Virus record (IMG/VR): IMGVR_UViG_3300047548_000491
Coordinates: 1-64,000 of that record
Reading direction: 5' to 3' (one strand)
DNA: 64,000 nucleotides
Origin: an uncultured virus (IMG/VR IMGVR_UViG_3300047548_000491)
Taxonomy: Duplodnaviria > Heunggongvirae > Uroviricota > Caudoviricetes
The notes below the pieces were generated by a model that was given only the letters and a program-made list of their open reading frames with translations, was not told the DNA's origin and did not search any database. The stretch's first letter is position 1. Each line of letters begins with the position of its first letter. Below, piece by piece: positions 18,363 through 29,111 of this stretch. The translations under genes were made by a program, and so were the position numbers.

Positions 18363-19222
18363 TGGCTACGATTAATGTTGATGTACAGAGTTTAATTAAC
18401 GCAGCAGAATATGATACCTACTCTGTTGCAGATACCACAACAGTTGGTACGTTTAAAACAACAATTCAAACAGCGACTGGATGTAGCGTTGATTGGTTTG
18501 ATTTGGTATATAACAACACTATTCTAGATGTTTCCAAAACCTTAGCATTTTATTCTATACCCACTGGTGCTAGTATAAGAACTCATAATAAAATTTCTCG
18601 ACTCGCTACGCTGGAACTAAGACAGAAAAGCAAATTAGATTTGGCTGCATTGGATAGAGAGTATTCAGATAATCCTCGAAGCACATACGATATTACAGAG
18701 TTGCCTACTCAATACATTGATGATTCTGTATATGACAATCCAAATCCAGGTGGGTTAACTGAAGGCCGCCCCTGGATTGACACTAAAACTCCGTTCTCAT
18801 TCTATGAGGCAATCAATACTACATCAGCATTGCAAACAACGCAGTATGTAAGTGGTAATAAGATTTATGCATATTCCTCGAGTCTTGATGTCCCTAGTTA
18901 TCAACCGGCTAGGGTAATAGTCAATGATATTGAATTAGCAAACACTACGCTTCGTGGACACACCATGGTAGTCACAAATAGTTTTGGTGATTTAGTAAGT
19001 GTTACAAATTATGATACTTACGGTTCATCATCGGCAGTAACTGCATTAGCATCTGCATTGGGCGGAGTAGCAAGTGAAAATATTGTTATATTAGTAGTAT
19101 ATGATGCTAGTGCATTCAATGCAGCGTGTAGGTCTGCCTTAACTACGGGGTATGGTGATACTAACAGCAACACCTGGACTTCTTCTAGGGTAGATCATAT
19201 CTTTATCGGAATTAAAATATAA
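18362..19222 (+). CDS. ubiquitin-like N-terminal domain plus ILEI/FAM3-like C-terminal domain protein
   Basis: Pattern match by eye to ubiquitin and to the ILEI consensus (RGH.MVV...YDTY...IVILVVYD...R..IFIG). Confidence 0.6.
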   Translation: MATINVDVQSLINAAEYDTYSVADTTTVGTFKTTIQTATGCSVDWFDLVYNNTILDVSKTLAFYSIPTGASIRTHNKISRLATLELRQKSKLDLAALDREYSDNPRSTYDITELPTQYIDDSVYDNPNPGGLTEGRPWIDTKTPFSFYEAINTTSALQTTQYVSGNKIYAYSSSLDVPSYQPARVIVNDIELANTTLRGHTMVVTNSFGDLVSVTNYDTYGSSSAVTALASALGGVASENIVILVVYDASAFNAACRSALTTGYGDTNSNTWTSSRVDHIFIGIKI

Positions 19223-20577
19223 TGGCAGGCGAAGATACCTCACAGTTATACACACCTGAACATCACTCGGGGTCGATGGATAAGCGCCTTAACTCAACTA
19301 ACTACATTCATCCACAAGAGACAAATTTATTGAATCTTGCGAAGGCAATGGAGTATAATGTACAAGGTCAACCTGTATTAAGAACTACATCAGGTGCAAG
19401 TCCGGCATCTAACGATGCGTTCGGTAGATTACGTGTAAGCAATCCATTAACATTATTTGATAGTTTTCATCGTTACAACGATAACGGAAAGATTAACACG
19501 TACACGAATGGTACTGCATCTGCGGTAGCTAATACCAACGCCGGGCTTATTGATTGCACAGTGGGTACTGATTCAGGTGATGCAGTATATAGGGAAAGTA
19601 CAAAAGTATTTTCCTATCAACCGGGAAAAAGTTTACAGGTACTTACAACATTTTGTATGGCACCTGGTAAAACAAATCTAAGACAACGCATCGGGTATTT
19701 TGACACTAGCAATGGAGTGTTCCTAGAACAAGATGGGACAACATTACGTTTTAGAATTCGCTCATCTGTTACTGGCTCAATACAATACGAAAGTGTAGAT
19801 CAGGCTGATTGGAATGTTGATCCGTTAGATGGATCAGGAGAATCGACAATAACATTAGATATCACTAAGGCTCAAATTCTTTTCTTTGATATTGAATGGC
19901 TGGGTGTTGGTAGTGTTCGTTGTGGATTTGTTATTGATGGTCAATTTATATTAGCGCATGTTTTTAACCACGCTAACATCATCACTGGTACATACATGAC
20001 TACTGCTTGTTTACCTGTAAGAATGGAACTAGAAAATACAGGACCAACTGAGAGTTCTAGTTTATATAAGCAAATTTGCACAACTGTGATATCCGAAGGT
20101 GGATATGCACTAACCGGTAGACCACTTAGTATAGGTCATACTCTCAGTGCACCTTATGTTTTAGCAACTCCTAACACAGTATATCCTATTTTCAGTATGA
20201 GATTAAAATCCAATCGGCTAGGTGCTATAGTTTTACCTAAAAACTACAGTGTAGGACTAACCGGTAATCACAACTTTAGATTTATGATTATAATAGGTGG
20301 TACTACTACAGGCGGCACTTGGGTAGATGCGGGATCATCAAGTTCAGTAGAATATAACTTAACAGCAACTAGCATTTCCGGTGGTAGAATAGGTGAGTGG
20401 AAACAAATCATTGGTAGCAATCAATTTGCAGGAGTTGCTGACGTTGCGGACCCATTTCAATATCAACTGGAAAGAAACACGTTTACTGACACAGCTTCAG
20501 AATTAACTATCTGTTTAACTACAAGTGGTAATAATGTTAACGTCTACGGTGCAGTAAATTGGGAAGAGATAACTTAA
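19222..20577 (+). CDS. putative virion structural protein (beta-rich)
   Basis: DAFGRLRVS, YQPGKS, WLGVG; late operon. Confidence 0.6.
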   Translation: MAGEDTSQLYTPEHHSGSMDKRLNSTNYIHPQETNLLNLAKAMEYNVQGQPVLRTTSGASPASNDAFGRLRVSNPLTLFDSFHRYNDNGKINTYTNGTASAVANTNAGLIDCTVGTDSGDAVYRESTKVFSYQPGKSLQVLTTFCMAPGKTNLRQRIGYFDTSNGVFLEQDGTTLRFRIRSSVTGSIQYESVDQADWNVDPLDGSGESTITLDITKAQILFFDIEWLGVGSVRCGFVIDGQFILAHVFNHANIITGTYMTTACLPVRMELENTGPTESSSLYKQICTTVISEGGYALTGRPLSIGHTLSAPYVLATPNTVYPIFSMRLKSNRLGAIVLPKNYSVGLTGNHNFRFMIIIGGTTTGGTWVDAGSSSSVEYNLTATSISGGRIGEWKQIIGSNQFAGVADVADPFQYQLERNTFTDTASELTICLTTSGNNVNVYGAVNWEEIT

Positions 20578-20595
20578 TACGAACTAAATATCGTT

Positions 20596-22143
20596 ATGAG
20601 TGGAACTCCTGCACTAATCAAAACACCCTATCAAAAGACTAAGTTTAAAAGTGATAAGGAACTTGAAGATTTTATAAAATGCTGTGACCCTAACACGGGT
20701 CCAATGTATTTTATGGATAACTTTTTTATGATTCAGCACCCTACTAAAGGTAGTATGAATTATCATCCATGGGACTATCAAAAAAGACTAATCGAGACAT
20801 ATCACAAATATAGATATTCTATTAGTTTAATGCCTCGACAAACTGGTAAGTCAACATCGGCTGCTGGATACTTGTTATGGTATGCAATGTTCGTTCCAGA
20901 CAGTACTATTCTTATAGCAGCACACAAATATACAGGTGCACAAGAAATTATGCAGCGTATTCGTTATGCATACGAAGCCTGCCCCGATCACATCAAAGCA
21001 GGTGTCACTACATACAACAAAGGGTCGTTAGATTTTGAAAACGGGTCTCGCATTGTATCAGCGACTACGACTGAAAATACAGGTCGTGGTATGTCTATTA
21101 CACTTTTATACCTAGACGAATTTGCGTTCGTTCGACCTACAATTGCTTCTGAATTCTGGACATCTATCACACCAACACTGGCAACTGGTGGTAAAGCAAT
21201 TATCACAAGTACGCCCAACTCCGACGAAGATCAATTTGCACTGATTTGGAAGCAAGCTAACAAATGTGAAGACTCGTACGGTAACAAAACAGAATTAGGT
21301 ATAAACGGTTTCAAAGCATATCGTTCATATTGGCAAGAGCACCCTGATAGAGATGATCAATGGGCTGCTCAAATGAAAGCGCAATTAGGCGAAGACAGAT
21401 TCAGACGAGAAATAGGTTGTGAATTTATTATTGCAGACGAAACTCTAATCGCCCCCACAACACTATTAGATTTAGAAGGTATAGAACCTATACATCGTCA
21501 AGGTCAAATCAGGTGGTATAAAAAGCCCGAAAAAGGAAATATATATGTTGTTGCACTAGACCCCGCTGTAGGTACAGGCGGAGATAATGCAGCTATTCAA
21601 GTGTATGAAGCTAACACCACAACACAAGTGGGTGAATGGAAGCACAATAAAACCGACATACCTTCACAAATACGATTGATTGCTGACATAAACAAATACA
21701 TTGTAGAATGTACTAATGAGCCTGATAACATATATTATTCTGTAGAAGTCAACGGTGTCGGTGAGGCCGCGCTCGTTAGCTTAAATGAATTCGGGTATCA
21801 CAATATTCCTGGTATATTTTTAAGTGAACCTGGAAGGAAGAAACGCGGATTTAATACTACTAACAAGAGTAAACTTACAGCATGTGCTAAGTTCAAAACT
21901 TTAGTAGAAAGCAGAAAGATGACCATAAACAGCAGAAGTTTAGTGTCAGAATTGAAAAACTTCATAGCTATGGGCGGTAGCTATCAAGCTAAAATCGGAG
22001 AATCAGATGATTTAGTTACTTCTACTTTACTAGTTGTTAGGATATTTCAGCAGTTAAGTGATTTTAACTACGCTTTAGATCAACATATACGTGACCATGA
22101 CGAGATAATAGAACCCTTGCCGTTCTTCGCAGTTCTCGGGTAA
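20596..22143 (+). CDS. terL: terminase large subunit (T4 gp17-like)
   Basis: PRQTGKS, YLDEFAF, STPN, ALDPAVG, DDLV. Confidence 0.95.
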   Translation: MSGTPALIKTPYQKTKFKSDKELEDFIKCCDPNTGPMYFMDNFFMIQHPTKGSMNYHPWDYQKRLIETYHKYRYSISLMPRQTGKSTSAAGYLLWYAMFVPDSTILIAAHKYTGAQEIMQRIRYAYEACPDHIKAGVTTYNKGSLDFENGSRIVSATTTENTGRGMSITLLYLDEFAFVRPTIASEFWTSITPTLATGGKAIITSTPNSDEDQFALIWKQANKCEDSYGNKTELGINGFKAYRSYWQEHPDRDDQWAAQMKAQLGEDRFRREIGCEFIIADETLIAPTTLLDLEGIEPIHRQGQIRWYKKPEKGNIYVVALDPAVGTGGDNAAIQVYEANTTTQVGEWKHNKTDIPSQIRLIADINKYIVECTNEPDNIYYSVEVNGVGEAALVSLNEFGYHNIPGIFLSEPGRKKRGFNTTNKSKLTACAKFKTLVESRKMTINSRSLVSELKNFIAMGGSYQAKIGESDDLVTSTLLVVRIFQQLSDFNYALDQHIRDHDEIIEPLPFFAVLG

Positions 22144-22172
22144 TTGATAAATAATAGATAAAGAGAATAACT

Positions 22173-23615
22173 ATGTCTATACGAAAAGAAAACCTCAACC
22201 GAGAATTATATGGATTTTTAAAGTCTCACGGATACAAACCACATGGATTTTTAAGCTCCGGTGAAAGTTCCGGAGTTCCTGAAAAAGCCGACTTTTTCCA
22301 ATTTGACTTTGTTTATGATGGTAAAACATACGGTAAAATTTCAGTTTCCATTGACGGTTCTGGAAACATGGTTGTTTATATAGGCAACGATGTCGAAGAC
22401 GCTCCTAAAGCAGACTCACATGATAGTATAGGACTTGATTCACTAAGAAGATACTTGTCAAAGTTTAGATATTCTAAGGCTTTAAAATCTTTTACATACG
22501 CCGACAATGATGATTTGGAACCTGACATGAAGAAAAGAGAACATGATAAACAAGAGAGTTTAGTAGAAGGCTATTATCCAGTTAACAAGAAAACTAGCTA
22601 CAGCGACAACGTTCCTGCTACTAAGATTATCATTCAACATTCACGGGTAATGGAAGAAGGTGATCAACGCTATCGTGCTGTAGAAAAGATTTTTGTAGAG
22701 AATATGCAAGGTGAGAGATTCCTTTTACCTACAACTAAGCCAGGAATAGCTCGTGTATATGCAAGACATATCAGTGAAGGTGGTACACCGTATGATGAAA
22801 GAGGTCTACACATAACCAGTTTATGTGAAGAATATTCAAAAATGGCTGGTTTTGTAAGAGCAACAAAGAACAAGCAGTTCAATGAATCTGTGCAACCATT
22901 AGTGCTTGAAGGTATTAACCATTACAACCATTTGCGTGAAACTCTACACAAAATGTCAGGCAAAAGAGGTTACACAGAATACTTCAACAACTATAAACCT
23001 GCATTGTTGGAAGACGAGAACACAGAAGATTTAACTGAGATGTTCAAGGAATCAACTTTAGACCCAAGAATAGCAAATGTCATACAAGTATTAGCTAAAC
23101 TAAAAAAGAATGCTCCAATGCACAAACCATTGAAGCAAGTTAATGAATTAGAAAATTGGGCAGACCAAGTTATCGAAGGTGAGCCAGGCGACCTAGAAAC
23201 AGAATTAGAAAAACAAGAATACGAACAGGATCGTGCTAGAGATGAGTATGCCGAAAAATCCATGAACGATAAAGACGAAAATGTTGATGAAGCTGTTGAA
23301 AAAATTGCTGGTAGATATGATCCAGTTGAGTTTGATGAAAAGATAAAAAGATTAAAGGCTTTGGCAAAAAAGAATCCAGTTGACACTGCTAAACTTGCAC
23401 AATTACTTCGCCAAGCAACTGAAAAAGAAAAAAACAAAGAAGTACAAGAAGCTGGTCCTGCGGGTAAACCGGGTGACTACTTCGATGACGAAACAGTTAG
23501 TACAGGCCCTATTTTAGGTCATGAGCCACAGACGCAGCATGGATTACGTGGCAAACTAGTAGGTGAATCAGAAGATTTATTGAGAATCAAACAACTTTCA
23601 GGATTACAAAAATGA
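22173..23615 (+). CDS. hypothetical late protein
   Basis: 480-aa ORF after TAAATA; acidic C-terminus ending LRIKQLSGL. Confidence 0.75.
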   Translation: MSIRKENLNRELYGFLKSHGYKPHGFLSSGESSGVPEKADFFQFDFVYDGKTYGKISVSIDGSGNMVVYIGNDVEDAPKADSHDSIGLDSLRRYLSKFRYSKALKSFTYADNDDLEPDMKKREHDKQESLVEGYYPVNKKTSYSDNVPATKIIIQHSRVMEEGDQRYRAVEKIFVENMQGERFLLPTTKPGIARVYARHISEGGTPYDERGLHITSLCEEYSKMAGFVRATKNKQFNESVQPLVLEGINHYNHLRETLHKMSGKRGYTEYFNNYKPALLEDENTEDLTEMFKESTLDPRIANVIQVLAKLKKNAPMHKPLKQVNELENWADQVIEGEPGDLETELEKQEYEQDRARDEYAEKSMNDKDENVDEAVEKIAGRYDPVEFDEKIKRLKALAKKNPVDTAKLAQLLRQATEKEKNKEVQEAGPAGKPGDYFDDETVSTGPILGHEPQTQHGLRGKLVGESEDLLRIKQLSGLQK

Positions 23616-25063
23616 AAGAATTACTTGAACTAGAACAATGGGCTGAGAATATTGTAGCCAATGAGGCTGTACAAGATAGACCTTTGGCTAGAAGTCAAGA
23701 TATTCAATATCAAGCAAGTAGAGAATACCCAGATCGTAGTCCTGAACAAGCTCTGCAATTGTATGTTGCTAATAAACTTGCAGCAACAGAAAAAATGGAT
23801 TTAGATCAGAACAGACTAATTAACTCCCAAAAACGTGAAAATGAAAAATTACGTAGAAGCCTACAAGATTTAAGCCAAGACCTCAATAATCATGAGAAAC
23901 AAGCTACCGACACCGGCGCAGAAATTGAACGCTTAAAGGCATTAAGTGCTAAATTAAAGCCTGCGGGAGAAATTCAGAAACAAGCTGCTAAAGCTAGTGC
24001 AGACAAAGTAGAAGCAATGTTAGCTGACTTAGAAAAAGTTAAAGTTGTTCCTGGTATGGATGAGAAGAAATACAAAGAACTTTCTGATAAAGTTGATAAA
24101 ATAAAAAACAATGCCGGAAACGAAGAAATAGCCAAAGTACAAAAAGCATTACAGCAAATGTCGCAACAACAAAGTATAGACAACAATTTGTTTGACAACG
24201 TAATGCAACAGCTAACTAATACACAAGAACAGTTAGATGCTAAAGAAGCAAGGTTCAAAAAATACATAGAGAAAAAATCCAGTGAGATTACTTCTACTAC
24301 ACAAAGTCATGGCGAAGAATTAAAAAAATATGCTGACATTGTAAACAAATACAAAGATGATGTAGAATCTTTTAAAAATTACATGGACACTACTCGCAAA
24401 GAAGTAGCAAATACTAAAGCAGAAGTAGACCAACTTAAGAAAGATGCGGAGAATAAGATGCAAGAATTAGAATTCTTGTCTCCGACATTAAAGAAATTTG
24501 CAATGCAGAAGCCAGGTGAGGCGCCAACGCAGTCTTCTGATTTCAGCAGTGATAGAGCCTTCAAACAAGCAATGTCAGCAGCATCACCTGCTGCCGAACC
24601 AGCAACTAAATTGGCTATACAGAGTAAAAAAGATTTGCAAAATTTAGAAAAAGACTCAGAGATCCAGAGGAGCTATGCTATGGCTGCAACACCGACTGAT
24701 AAGTTTGACTTGGATAAGTTAGACGAAAACCTTAAAAACAACAGTAACCCTGAATTTGTTGAATGGGCTAACAAAAACATTCCAGTAGCATTAAGAATGT
24801 TTTTCAATCGTTATCCTGAATTAGAATCAATTTACGCTTTGGAACAAGTGCAAGCAGTAATGAGTGAGTATTTCCCGTATCTATATCAATACGATGAGAT
24901 TGATATGGAGACTATGAATAAGTTCTTAGACTTTATTAAAAATAAGATCAAGGCTCAACCAATTCAACCTATGCAAAAGAGTTTGTTCGATAATTTAGCA
25001 GAAGCATATGAAACATCTTTGGATAAATTGATTGGGTTAGATTACATAAAAACCCATAGATAA
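23612..25063 (+). CDS. coiled-coil protein
   Basis: Long K/E/Q-rich heptad region. Confidence 0.75.
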   Translation: MKELLELEQWAENIVANEAVQDRPLARSQDIQYQASREYPDRSPEQALQLYVANKLAATEKMDLDQNRLINSQKRENEKLRRSLQDLSQDLNNHEKQATDTGAEIERLKALSAKLKPAGEIQKQAAKASADKVEAMLADLEKVKVVPGMDEKKYKELSDKVDKIKNNAGNEEIAKVQKALQQMSQQQSIDNNLFDNVMQQLTNTQEQLDAKEARFKKYIEKKSSEITSTTQSHGEELKKYADIVNKYKDDVESFKNYMDTTRKEVANTKAEVDQLKKDAENKMQELEFLSPTLKKFAMQKPGEAPTQSSDFSSDRAFKQAMSAASPAAEPATKLAIQSKKDLQNLEKDSEIQRSYAMAATPTDKFDLDKLDENLKNNSNPEFVEWANKNIPVALRMFFNRYPELESIYALEQVQAVMSEYFPYLYQYDEIDMETMNKFLDFIKNKIKAQPIQPMQKSLFDNLAEAYETSLDKLIGLDYIKTHR

Positions 25064-25096
25064 AAATATATTTTCCCTTTATTGGCATAAATAATA

Positions 25097-25125
25097 TTGA
25101 CGCAGGAGTTATTACTCGCTATAAT
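25097..25125 (+). promoter_or_regulatory. sigma70-type promoter of gp32 (late motif at 25088-25093)
   Basis: TTGACG-N17-TATAAT. Confidence 0.75.
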
Positions 25126-25202
25126 AACTTTTGTGTTAGTCACTCACAGGGAGTGGCGAATATTAAAACAGAGACCATCTCAATTTTTAAGGAAAATATA
25201 TT

Positions 25203-26204
25203 ATGGCAAGTCTAAGCGAAATCCGCGCTCGTATCGCAGCGCAAGAAAACAAATCCCAAAACAAAAACACAACTGCACAAGGTGATGGAGCCACGTATCC
25301 ACACTGGAACATGGATGAAGGCCTAACAGCTACTATCCGTTTTCTTCCCGATGCAGACAGTAAAAATACTTTCTTCTGGGTAGAACGTCAAATTATCAAA
25401 CTTCCGTTTAACGGCGTGAAGGGTGATCCAAATATGAAACGTGTTGAAGTACAAGTACCATGTATGGAAATGTATGGTGACGTTTGTCCTATCTTGGCAG
25501 AAGTTCGTCCTTGGTATAAGGATGAAAGTCTAAAAGAAATGGCAAACAAATACTGGAAGAAGCGTAGTTATTTGTTCCAAGGCTTTGTACGACAAAACCC
25601 ATTGGGTGACGATAAAACCCCAGCAAATCCTATTCGCCGATTCATTATCAGCCCACAAATCTTCACTATCATCAAGTCCAGTTTGATGGATCCTGAAATG
25701 GAAGAATTGCCAACTGACTACATGCGTGGTCTTGACTTCAACATTAAGAAGACCAGCAAAGGCGGCTATGCTGATTACAGCACTAGTAATTGGGCACGTA
25801 AAGAATCTGCCCTCACCGAAGCAGAACAATCTGCTATCGAAGCACATGGGCTATTTAATCTAGCAGATTTCTTGCCCAAGAAACCCACAGACGCAGAATT
25901 GCGTGTCATCAAAGAAATGTTCGAGGCATCTGTTGACGGTCAACCGTATGACGTTGAACGTTGGGGTGCATATTACAAGCCCTTCGGTGTTGAAGCACCT
26001 GCAGGAGCGACAGCGGCTACAACACAAGCAGCACCGACCGTGGCTGCACCCGCGACAGCACCCGTAGCAGAATCTACTCCCCCGTTTGATGCTGACGAAC
26101 CAGTCCAAGCAAGTTCTCCTGTTGAAGTTCCTAAAACAAGCGGAACATCAAGCGACAAAGCACAAGACATCCTAGCGATGATTCGTGCTAGACAAGCGAA
26201 GTAA
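25203..26204 (+). CDS. gp32: single-stranded DNA-binding protein (T4 gp32-like)
   Basis: ATIRFLP, C...CP, GxDFxIK, GYADYSTS; low-complexity tail; next to uvsX. Confidence 0.85.
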   Translation: MASLSEIRARIAAQENKSQNKNTTAQGDGATYPHWNMDEGLTATIRFLPDADSKNTFFWVERQIIKLPFNGVKGDPNMKRVEVQVPCMEMYGDVCPILAEVRPWYKDESLKEMANKYWKKRSYLFQGFVRQNPLGDDKTPANPIRRFIISPQIFTIIKSSLMDPEMEELPTDYMRGLDFNIKKTSKGGYADYSTSNWARKESALTEAEQSAIEAHGLFNLADFLPKKPTDAELRVIKEMFEASVDGQPYDVERWGAYYKPFGVEAPAGATAATTQAAPTVAAPATAPVAESTPPFDADEPVQASSPVEVPKTSGTSSDKAQDILAMIRARQAK

Positions 26205-26206
26205 AA

Positions 26207-26228
26207 TCTAGGGGCTACGGCCCCTAGA
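26207..26228 (+). terminator. stable hairpin with cUACGg tetraloop after gp32 (weak T tract)
   Basis: TCTAGGGGC-TACG-GCCCCTAGA. Confidence 0.55.
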
Positions 26229-26243
26229 CTTAAGGAGAAATCT

Positions 26244-26498
26244 ATGACATTACCGGACGAACGCTACCGTGCCCTTAAGCAAGGTAAAAAATTATTAGAG
26301 GAGTTATGTGACCCCGGTCGCACCCCTCGTGTCCCTAGTATTATCAGAGATAAAGCAAGAGGTGCATTGCGCCATTTCCCACAAGATTGGGAAATCGATG
26401 CGTTAGCAGATAAATGCCCAGATATGCTTGATAAAGTATCATTTACTGATAAACTATTACAAAAACAACTTGGAGATAAAATTGGCAAAACCATTTGA
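26244..26498 (+). CDS. hypothetical protein
   Basis: AAGGAG RBS; MTLPDERYR...TPRVP...LRHFP. Confidence 0.8.
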   Translation: MTLPDERYRALKQGKKLLEELCDPGRTPRVPSIIRDKARGALRHFPQDWEIDALADKCPDMLDKVSFTDKLLQKQLGDKIGKTI

Positions 26499-27552
26499 TG
26501 TAAGCAAATTTAGAAAAGACATTACTAAAAGTATTGAAGGATTGAGCATTGGATTTAACGACCCTACAGATTGGGTATCTACAGGAAATTACGCTCTTAA
26601 TTATCTCATTAGTGGTGATTTTAACAAAGGTGTTCCTTTGGGCAAAGTCACTGTATTCGCTGGCGAATCTGGATCTGGTAAAAGCTACATCTGTAGTGGT
26701 AACTTGGTTCGTCACGCTCAGGAACAAGGTATTTTCGTTGTTCTAGTCGATAGCGAAAACGCATTGGATGAGGAGTGGTTGCGTAATTTAGGTGTAGATA
26801 CATCAGAAGATAAACTACTAAAACTTAACATGGCTATGATTGATGACGTAGCCAAGACGATTTCAGAATTTATGAAATCATACAAAACACTACCAGCAGA
26901 AGACAAACCTAAAGTATTGTTCATCATTGACTCACTGGGTATGTTGTTGACTCCTACTGACGTTAATCAGTTTGAAGCAGGTGATATGAAAGGTGACATG
27001 GGTCGTAAGCCTAAAGCATTGACTGCACTTGTTCGCAATTGTGTTAACATGTTCGGTAGTCATAACGTAGGTCTAGTTGCTACTAATCACACATATGCTT
27101 CACAGGATATGTTTGATCCTGATGATAAGATTTCAGGTGGTCAGGGTTTCATCTACGCAAGTTCAATTGTTGTTGCTATGCGTAAACTAAAACTCAAGGA
27201 AGACGAAGACGGTAACAAGGTTAGTGAAGTGCGAGGTATTCGTTCAGCCTGTAAGGTTATGAAAACTCGTTATGCAAAGCCCTTTGAATCTGTTCAAGTT
27301 AAGATTCCTTATGAGACTGGTATGAATCCTTATTCTGGACTACTTGACTTGTTCGAAGGTCAAGGTCTATTGACTAAAGAAGGCAATCGTTTGGCATACA
27401 CAACTGAAGACGGTGAAGTATTGAAATCATTCCGTAAGGGATGGGAATCTAACGATGATGGTTGCCTTGATAAAGTGATGGAAGAATTCCAGAAAAAAAA
27501 TGCAAATAAGCTAAGTACTGTTACTGCCGATGAAGGAGCGGCGACAGAATGA
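26482..27552 (+). CDS. uvsX: RecA-like recombinase UvsX (TTG start)
   Basis: GESGSGKS, DSENAL, IDSLG; GGAG RBS before TTG 26482. Confidence 0.92.
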   Translation: MAKPFDVSKFRKDITKSIEGLSIGFNDPTDWVSTGNYALNYLISGDFNKGVPLGKVTVFAGESGSGKSYICSGNLVRHAQEQGIFVVLVDSENALDEEWLRNLGVDTSEDKLLKLNMAMIDDVAKTISEFMKSYKTLPAEDKPKVLFIIDSLGMLLTPTDVNQFEAGDMKGDMGRKPKALTALVRNCVNMFGSHNVGLVATNHTYASQDMFDPDDKISGGQGFIYASSIVVAMRKLKLKEDEDGNKVSEVRGIRSACKVMKTRYAKPFESVQVKIPYETGMNPYSGLLDLFEGQGLLTKEGNRLAYTTEDGEVLKSFRKGWESNDDGCLDKVMEEFQKKNANKLSTVTADEGAATE

Positions 27553-27806
27553 GTTTAGACTTGGTAACTGAAGTATGGGATGTTCTACGATCCCACATTG
27601 ATTTTAATGAACGAGGCGATGCGGCTGACACACTCGTTAATTTTCTAATTGATAACAACTACGAGGCAGAGGATATCAAAGATGCCTTTAGGGGTGACAA
27701 AGAGATTATTACCGCAGTGAAAGATTACTTGTCTCAACATGAAGATGAACTAGAGTATGAAGATGAAGATTACTACGGTGATTCGGATGACGATGAATGG
27801 GATTAA
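27549..27806 (+). CDS. small acidic protein
   Basis: D/E-rich tail; AAGGAG RBS. Confidence 0.75.
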   Translation: MSLDLVTEVWDVLRSHIDFNERGDAADTLVNFLIDNNYEAEDIKDAFRGDKEIITAVKDYLSQHEDELEYEDEDYYGDSDDDEWD

Positions 27807-28262
27807 ATGAACTGGTACACACGCATAACACAAAACTTAGGCGTGCTACCCGATTTCATTCTTCACTATGAGAATGAACTTCTCGGGGCGAAGAACGAGG
27901 TTAAAATTTTTGGCAATGTTGAAAAGAACATTGCCAATTTACCCGGTATCACTGAGCACCGTTTTAATCAACTACAAGAAATTGAGGCTGTACTAAACTT
28001 CCTCAACATTCAACTTCGGAAAATTCGCCGAAAGCATTTTCAAAAATATTTAGAAGCGTATAATAGAGTATTGACTAGCCGTGATGCAGAAAAATATGTA
28101 GACGGCGAAGATGAAGTCATTGATTTTGAAACCATCATTAATGAAGTTGCCCTATTACGTAACAAATGGTTGGGTGTCATTAAAGGTCTAGAAGCAAAAC
28201 AATGGCAAATGGGTCATATCGTCCGTCTGAGAACGGCTGGTATGGAAGATATTACTATTTAA
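27807..28262 (+). CDS. uvsY: UvsY-like recombination mediator
   Basis: Helical, KYVDGEDEV, position after uvsX. Confidence 0.7.
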   Translation: MNWYTRITQNLGVLPDFILHYENELLGAKNEVKIFGNVEKNIANLPGITEHRFNQLQEIEAVLNFLNIQLRKIRRKHFQKYLEAYNRVLTSRDAEKYVDGEDEVIDFETIINEVALLRNKWLGVIKGLEAKQWQMGHIVRLRTAGMEDITI

Positions 28263-28271
28263 GGATTCACA

Positions 28272-29057
28272 ATGACCATTAACACGCACACATTCCAATT
28301 TCATCCTACCTCTGCACAAACAGGTATTATTGCCAATACAGTAAATTTATCTTTCGATGATTTTGTATCCAATGATTATCATCCTTCTGTTAAAAAATAC
28401 GAAGTGTTTGAGTCACCTGAAGATGTTTTGGCACTGAGTGTCGCATGGAAACGTATGCGTGATAAAGGTGTATCCCCTACAGGTAAGTTGTTAGACAAAA
28501 CATTATTTGATAGAGTAACACAAGAGGATCGTGACACTGCAAATATTATCCGTGATTATTATAGCAAAAAGTTTATGATTAATGCATTAATGAATGACGG
28601 ACGAGAAATGTCACCTTTTAGAAAAGAAATTTCTAAAATCATTAACAGTGAAGGTAAAATGATTTCTAAAGAGGCATTTGGTCCAGTATATTATTTGCCT
28701 ATTTTCTATGAATATGATACTGACCTTGATTATGTTAAAAGCTGTGTAACTATTAATCAAGATTTTAAAAACAGTCAAGCACCTAGGGTTATATCGAATA
28801 TTGTTGATTTACAACCTATTAAAAGAATTGTAAAAAAATCAAAACATACTACTACCGTTGAATATTGGTTGAAGAGTAATAACAAGCATAATTCAGCTAA
28901 TGTAATTAGTATTCCTAAAGATAATCCATTGTTACATATTTGGGATCATGTGTTTAGTACTAAAGAAGTATTACAAATTCAGGGCGGATATGAACAGAAA
29001 CGCTTGGACAATTTTGAATACTATTCAATTAAGGCTTGGAAACTAGCCCAGGATTGA
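28272..29057 (+). CDS. hypothetical protein
   Basis: AAGGA RBS, 261 aa. Confidence 0.75.
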   Translation: MTINTHTFQFHPTSAQTGIIANTVNLSFDDFVSNDYHPSVKKYEVFESPEDVLALSVAWKRMRDKGVSPTGKLLDKTLFDRVTQEDRDTANIIRDYYSKKFMINALMNDGREMSPFRKEISKIINSEGKMISKEAFGPVYYLPIFYEYDTDLDYVKSCVTINQDFKNSQAPRVISNIVDLQPIKRIVKKSKHTTTVEYWLKSNNKHNSANVISIPKDNPLLHIWDHVFSTKEVLQIQGGYEQKRLDNFEYYSIKAWKLAQD

Positions 29058-29082
29058 CAATAAATCATTTCGGGCATATAAT
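29054..29082 (+). promoter_or_regulatory. sigma70-type early promoter
   Basis: TTGACAATAAAT...TATAAT, 17-nt spacer. Confidence 0.85.
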
Positions 29083-29111
29083 ACATGTATTGATTGATTA
29101 AAGGAGCATGT

